Source of the DNA: a virus
Taxonomy: Duplodnaviria > Caudoviricetes
Direction: 5' to 3' (one strand)
Length of the DNA: 25,246 nt
Virus record (IMG/VR): IMGVR_UViG_3300015195_000018
Span: 1 to 25,246 of that record
Shown here: one piece after another, positions 22,919 through 25,246 of the stretch
Layout of the letters: each line of letters opens with the position of its first letter
Numbering within the stretch: the first letter of the stretch is position 1
Translations under genes and position numbers: made by a program
Notes under the pieces: generated by a model
The model's database searches: none
The model's input: only the letters and a program-made list of their open reading frames with translations
Told to the model about the DNA's origin: nothing

Positions 22919-23577
22919 CCGATCGGCGGGTTGAAGTCATTAGTCGCGCCAGGGGGCTCGATCGAGCCCGCGCGCACCTGTAGCCACATCGGAATGTGCG
23001 TAGGCCGGACCTTGCGCTGCATCGCATCGGCGGACTTCGCGCGCATAAGCGCCATCATCCCGAGCCGGAATAGATCGGCGCTCGCAGCGCGCCCGGCGTC
23101 GCCCTTGATGACGGGACCGGCAAGCGCCGACGCGAGCATGAACGAAAACGTCTCGATGAACAGAGGATCGAATTTCGTCGTGTCCGTCACGTCGACCGTG
23201 TACTTTGCGACCGGGTTGTTGATGTTGCAGAGGATGACCGCCGTGCCGTCCGACAGCGTTTCGCGGTCGAACGTGATCGGGTTGGAATCGTCCGGCGCAC
23301 CGCCGACGTGAAGCGAGAGGATGTTTTGCGAACCGGCCGGCTCGGCGAAATAGTAGAGCCACCCGAACGGCGGAACCTGTTGCAGCATCGTCAACGACTG
23401 GCGCCGCAGAATCCACGCCCAATTGTGGGCGCCGAGCATGAACGTCCGAACCATCGGATAGAACGTCGCGCAATGCCCCGCTTGCGCCGAGCCCGACGGC
23501 GGATTGAGCGCCGTCACCGTTGCCGAATCGCCGAGGCGCGCGAGCGCCAAATTGCAGATATCAACGTCAGAAGCCAT
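22915..23577 (-). CDS. Tail tubular protein A / adaptor (T7 gp11-like)
   Basis: MASDVDICNLALARLGD...HNWAW...FDPLFIETFSFMLAS pattern and gene position. Confidence 0.9.
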   Translation of the reverse strand: MASDVDICNLALARLGDSATVTALNPPSGSAQAGHCATFYPMVRTFMLGAHNWAWILRRQSLTMLQQVPPFGWLYYFAEPAGSQNILSLHVGGAPDDSNPITFDRETLSDGTAVILCNINNPVAKYTVDVTDTTKFDPLFIETFSFMLASALAGPVIKGDAGRAASADLFRLGMMALMRAKSADAMQRKVRPTHIPMWLQVRAGSIEPPGATNDFNPPIG

Positions 23578-23587
23578 AGCGATCCTT

Positions 23588-23620
23588 CAAAGAAAACGGG
23601 GGGCTGTTGCGGCCCCCCGT
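23588..23620 (-). terminator. Rho-independent terminator after the capsid gene cluster
   Basis: Minus strand ACGGGGGGC-CGCAACA-GCCCCCCGT followed by TTTCTTT. Confidence 0.85.
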
Positions 23621-23644
23621 CCTGTTGCAATTACCGACGCCGCG

Positions 23645-23893
23645 TTACACCGCAGAGTGCGAAGCCGCTTCGAGCGCGGACAGAATGTGCCCGCCTATCT
23701 TTGCCGCTTCTTCTCGCGCTTGCGCTACCTTCGCCATGCCGGCGAGCATTGCCTTGTGGGCCGCCTTCGCCGCGTCGTCCAGGGGTTCCCAATGCGTGCC
23801 GGGAACTACCTTTGCGTCGACCTCAATTTCGGCTTCCGCCTTGTGGAGCACGTTGTCGATGAATGAGGCTTCGAGCAGTTTGTAACGCGCCAT
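23645..23893 (-). CDS. Small head-module protein (82 aa)
   Basis: Strong GGAGG RBS. Lies between the cement gene and the terminator, as in BPP-1-like layouts. Confidence 0.8.
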   Translation of the reverse strand: MARYKLLEASFIDNVLHKAEAEIEVDAKVVPGTHWEPLDDAAKAAHKAMLAGMAKVAQAREEAAKIGGHILSALEAASHSAV

Positions 23894-23909
23894 CCGTTTC
23901 CTCCGTGAG

Positions 23910-24356
23910 TTACAGGACTACGAAGCCGCTTGCGAGCGACGTTTGCGGGTCTTGGATTTCCTTCACGATGCCGGCCGTGAACGTGCCGGCCGTCAGTGGG
24001 CCCGTGCCGACAACGTAGTTGATCGCCAGATAACGGCGGCCAACATACGGGTCAGCCCGGTCGATCGTGATAGGAATGGTTGCACCCGCCACGAGCAACG
24101 CCTTCGGAATCGCGTCCGACTGTACGACCGTTTGCACGTTCGTGACCATGTTCGGCGTGTCGGCGACTTGGACCTGAAACGTCACCGTTGCCGCACCGGC
24201 CGCCGTCACCGCCGTACCGACACGAATGTCGATTTGGATGCGTTCGCCCTTGCCCATATCGCGGACAGCGGCGCCCAAGTCGACGACGTTCGTGGAGAGC
24301 GCCGTCACCGTGACCGCTTGCGCGGCCGAGAGCTGAAGATTGATGTCTTGATACAT
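23910..24356 (-). CDS. Capsid cement/decoration protein (Bbp16-like), 148 aa
   Basis: AAGGA RBS. MYQDINLQLSAAQAVTVTALSTNVVDLG...RRYLAINYVVGTGPLTAGTFTAGIV fits a jelly-roll cement pattern. Confidence 0.88.
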   Translation of the reverse strand: MYQDINLQLSAAQAVTVTALSTNVVDLGAAVRDMGKGERIQIDIRVGTAVTAAGAATVTFQVQVADTPNMVTNVQTVVQSDAIPKALLVAGATIPITIDRADPYVGRRYLAINYVVGTGPLTAGTFTAGIVKEIQDPQTSLASGFVVL

Positions 24357-24387
24357 GATCGTTCCTTTTCCCGTTGGCCGTGGGCGC

Positions 24388-25245
24388 TTAGACGACGCGC
24401 GTCTCGGTGTTGAGGATTTGATCCACACGGCGCAGCGGCACGCCCATGAACGTCGTCCAGTTGGCCGGCGTGCCGAATTGCGACAGAGCCGGTTGGATGG
24501 CGAGCGCCGTGTTCGACTTGTTGAGCGCCGCGATACGCAGCATCGAGAACACGGTCCGGTTCGCGTAGAACGCGGCGCGGCCCATCGACAGGTAGGGCAC
24601 GCGATCGAGCGATCGAGACATCAGGTTGATGATGGCCGTCGAGGCGGTCGAGAGCTGCGTGCCCGCTTGCGTCGTCAGGTCCGTCACGTTGATGTTGCAG
24701 ACGCGGACGACGTAGCGCCAATCCTTGACGACGAGCCCGTTCTTCCACTGGTAGTGCGTCTGGAAGGCTTGGAACGGGTTGCCGCTCGGATCGTAGATCG
24801 TCAGCTCGCCTTGGTCCGTGTGTTGCAGACCGGCCATGCTGCCCTTCGGGAACGGGCAGAACACGGAATTTTCGCCCCACACGACGAGCCAAATGCTCGT
24901 GTTGTTCGACGCCGCACCGCCAGCGTCGAGGATGTTCTGCGCATTGCCGGCGCCCGCGATCGTGCCGTAACGCGGCGCGAGCCCCAGGAACATCCGGTTG
25001 TCCGTCGCCGGGTTGCCGTAGAACAGCGTGTTGACTTGCTGCTGATTCATGGCTTCGAGGAACGCCGAATCCTCGGACAGCCGGAACTGCGCCGTGTTGC
25101 CGTTGAGCAGCGCCAGGTCCTTGTCGACAGCGGAGTACGCTTCGAGCAGACCGACCGACTCATCGACTTGCGCGGTCGTCGACTTCGAGCGCGGCACGCC
25201 TTGGTTGATCGAACGCCAGTAGACCGTCGGCAGACCCGTGCGGAT
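24388..25245 (-). CDS. Major capsid protein (BPP-1/epsilon15-like), 5'-truncated by window
   Basis: Frame is open to the window end (IRTGLPTVYWRSINQGVP...). Motifs FRLSEDSAFLEAM, NTSIWLVVWG, DWRYVVRVCNI and GVPLRRVDQILNTE. Confidence 0.95.
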   Translation of the reverse strand: MRTGLPTVYWRSINQGVPRSKSTTAQVDESVGLLEAYSAVDKDLALLNGNTAQFRLSEDSAFLEAMNQQQVNTLFYGNPATDNRMFLGLAPRYGTIAGAGNAQNILDAGGAASNNTSIWLVVWGENSVFCPFPKGSMAGLQHTDQGELTIYDPSGNPFQAFQTHYQWKNGLVVKDWRYVVRVCNINVTDLTTQAGTQLSTASTAIINLMSRSLDRVPYLSMGRAAFYANRTVFSMLRIAALNKSNTALAIQPALSQFGTPANWTTFMGVPLRRVDQILNTETRVV

Positions 25246-25246
25246 C

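Larger units (their letters stand above)
1..25246. mobile_element. Temperate phage genome segment (BPP-1/epsilon15-like podovirus), attP configuration
   Basis: Capsid-cement-tubular A-tubular B-ejection proteins-tail fibre-lysis order, plus integrase, xis candidate and tRNA-derived att core. No host housekeeping genes are present. Confidence 0.95.

Noticed and set aside
8074-23311. Long + strand ORFs (for example 9908-11065, 11297-12460, 14435-15643, 22142-23311)
   Set aside because: They are Arg-rich antisense shadows of real minus-strand genes, expected in high-GC DNA, and have no recognisable motifs.
1-25246. CRISPR array, IS element or intron
   Set aside because: No regularly spaced repeats, transposase motifs or interrupted genes were seen. 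The late operon is contiguous.

Overview
High-GC segment of a temperate podovirus-type phage with a structural module resembling Bordetella phage BPP-1 and Salmonella epsilon15. The + strand (1-1861) carries the end of a cluster of small genes, a DUF4224-type excisionase candidate and a tyrosine integrase. A 62-bp 3' half of tRNA-Ser(CGA) at 1889-1950, flanked by repeated arm-type motifs, has phage genes on both sides, so it looks like an intact attP (excised or virion form). The - strand (2045-25246) is one tightly coupled late operon. In transcription order it encodes: major capsid (truncated), cement protein, tail tubular proteins A and B, a cupin-like protein, three ejection proteins, tail fibre, Gly-rich protein, lysis genes and a distal accessory module. 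The strongest leads are (1) a 2606-aa polyvalent ejection protein with two tandem ADP-ribosyltransferase-like domains and an HExxH peptidase motif, (2) an endolysin-holin fusion with a probable internal start, and (3) a coupled nucleotide-enzyme module (HTH-metallophosphoesterase, DUF1937/NDT-like protein, 39-aa membrane peptide, DUF6378-like protein). All family calls are by-eye motif recognition, not database searches.
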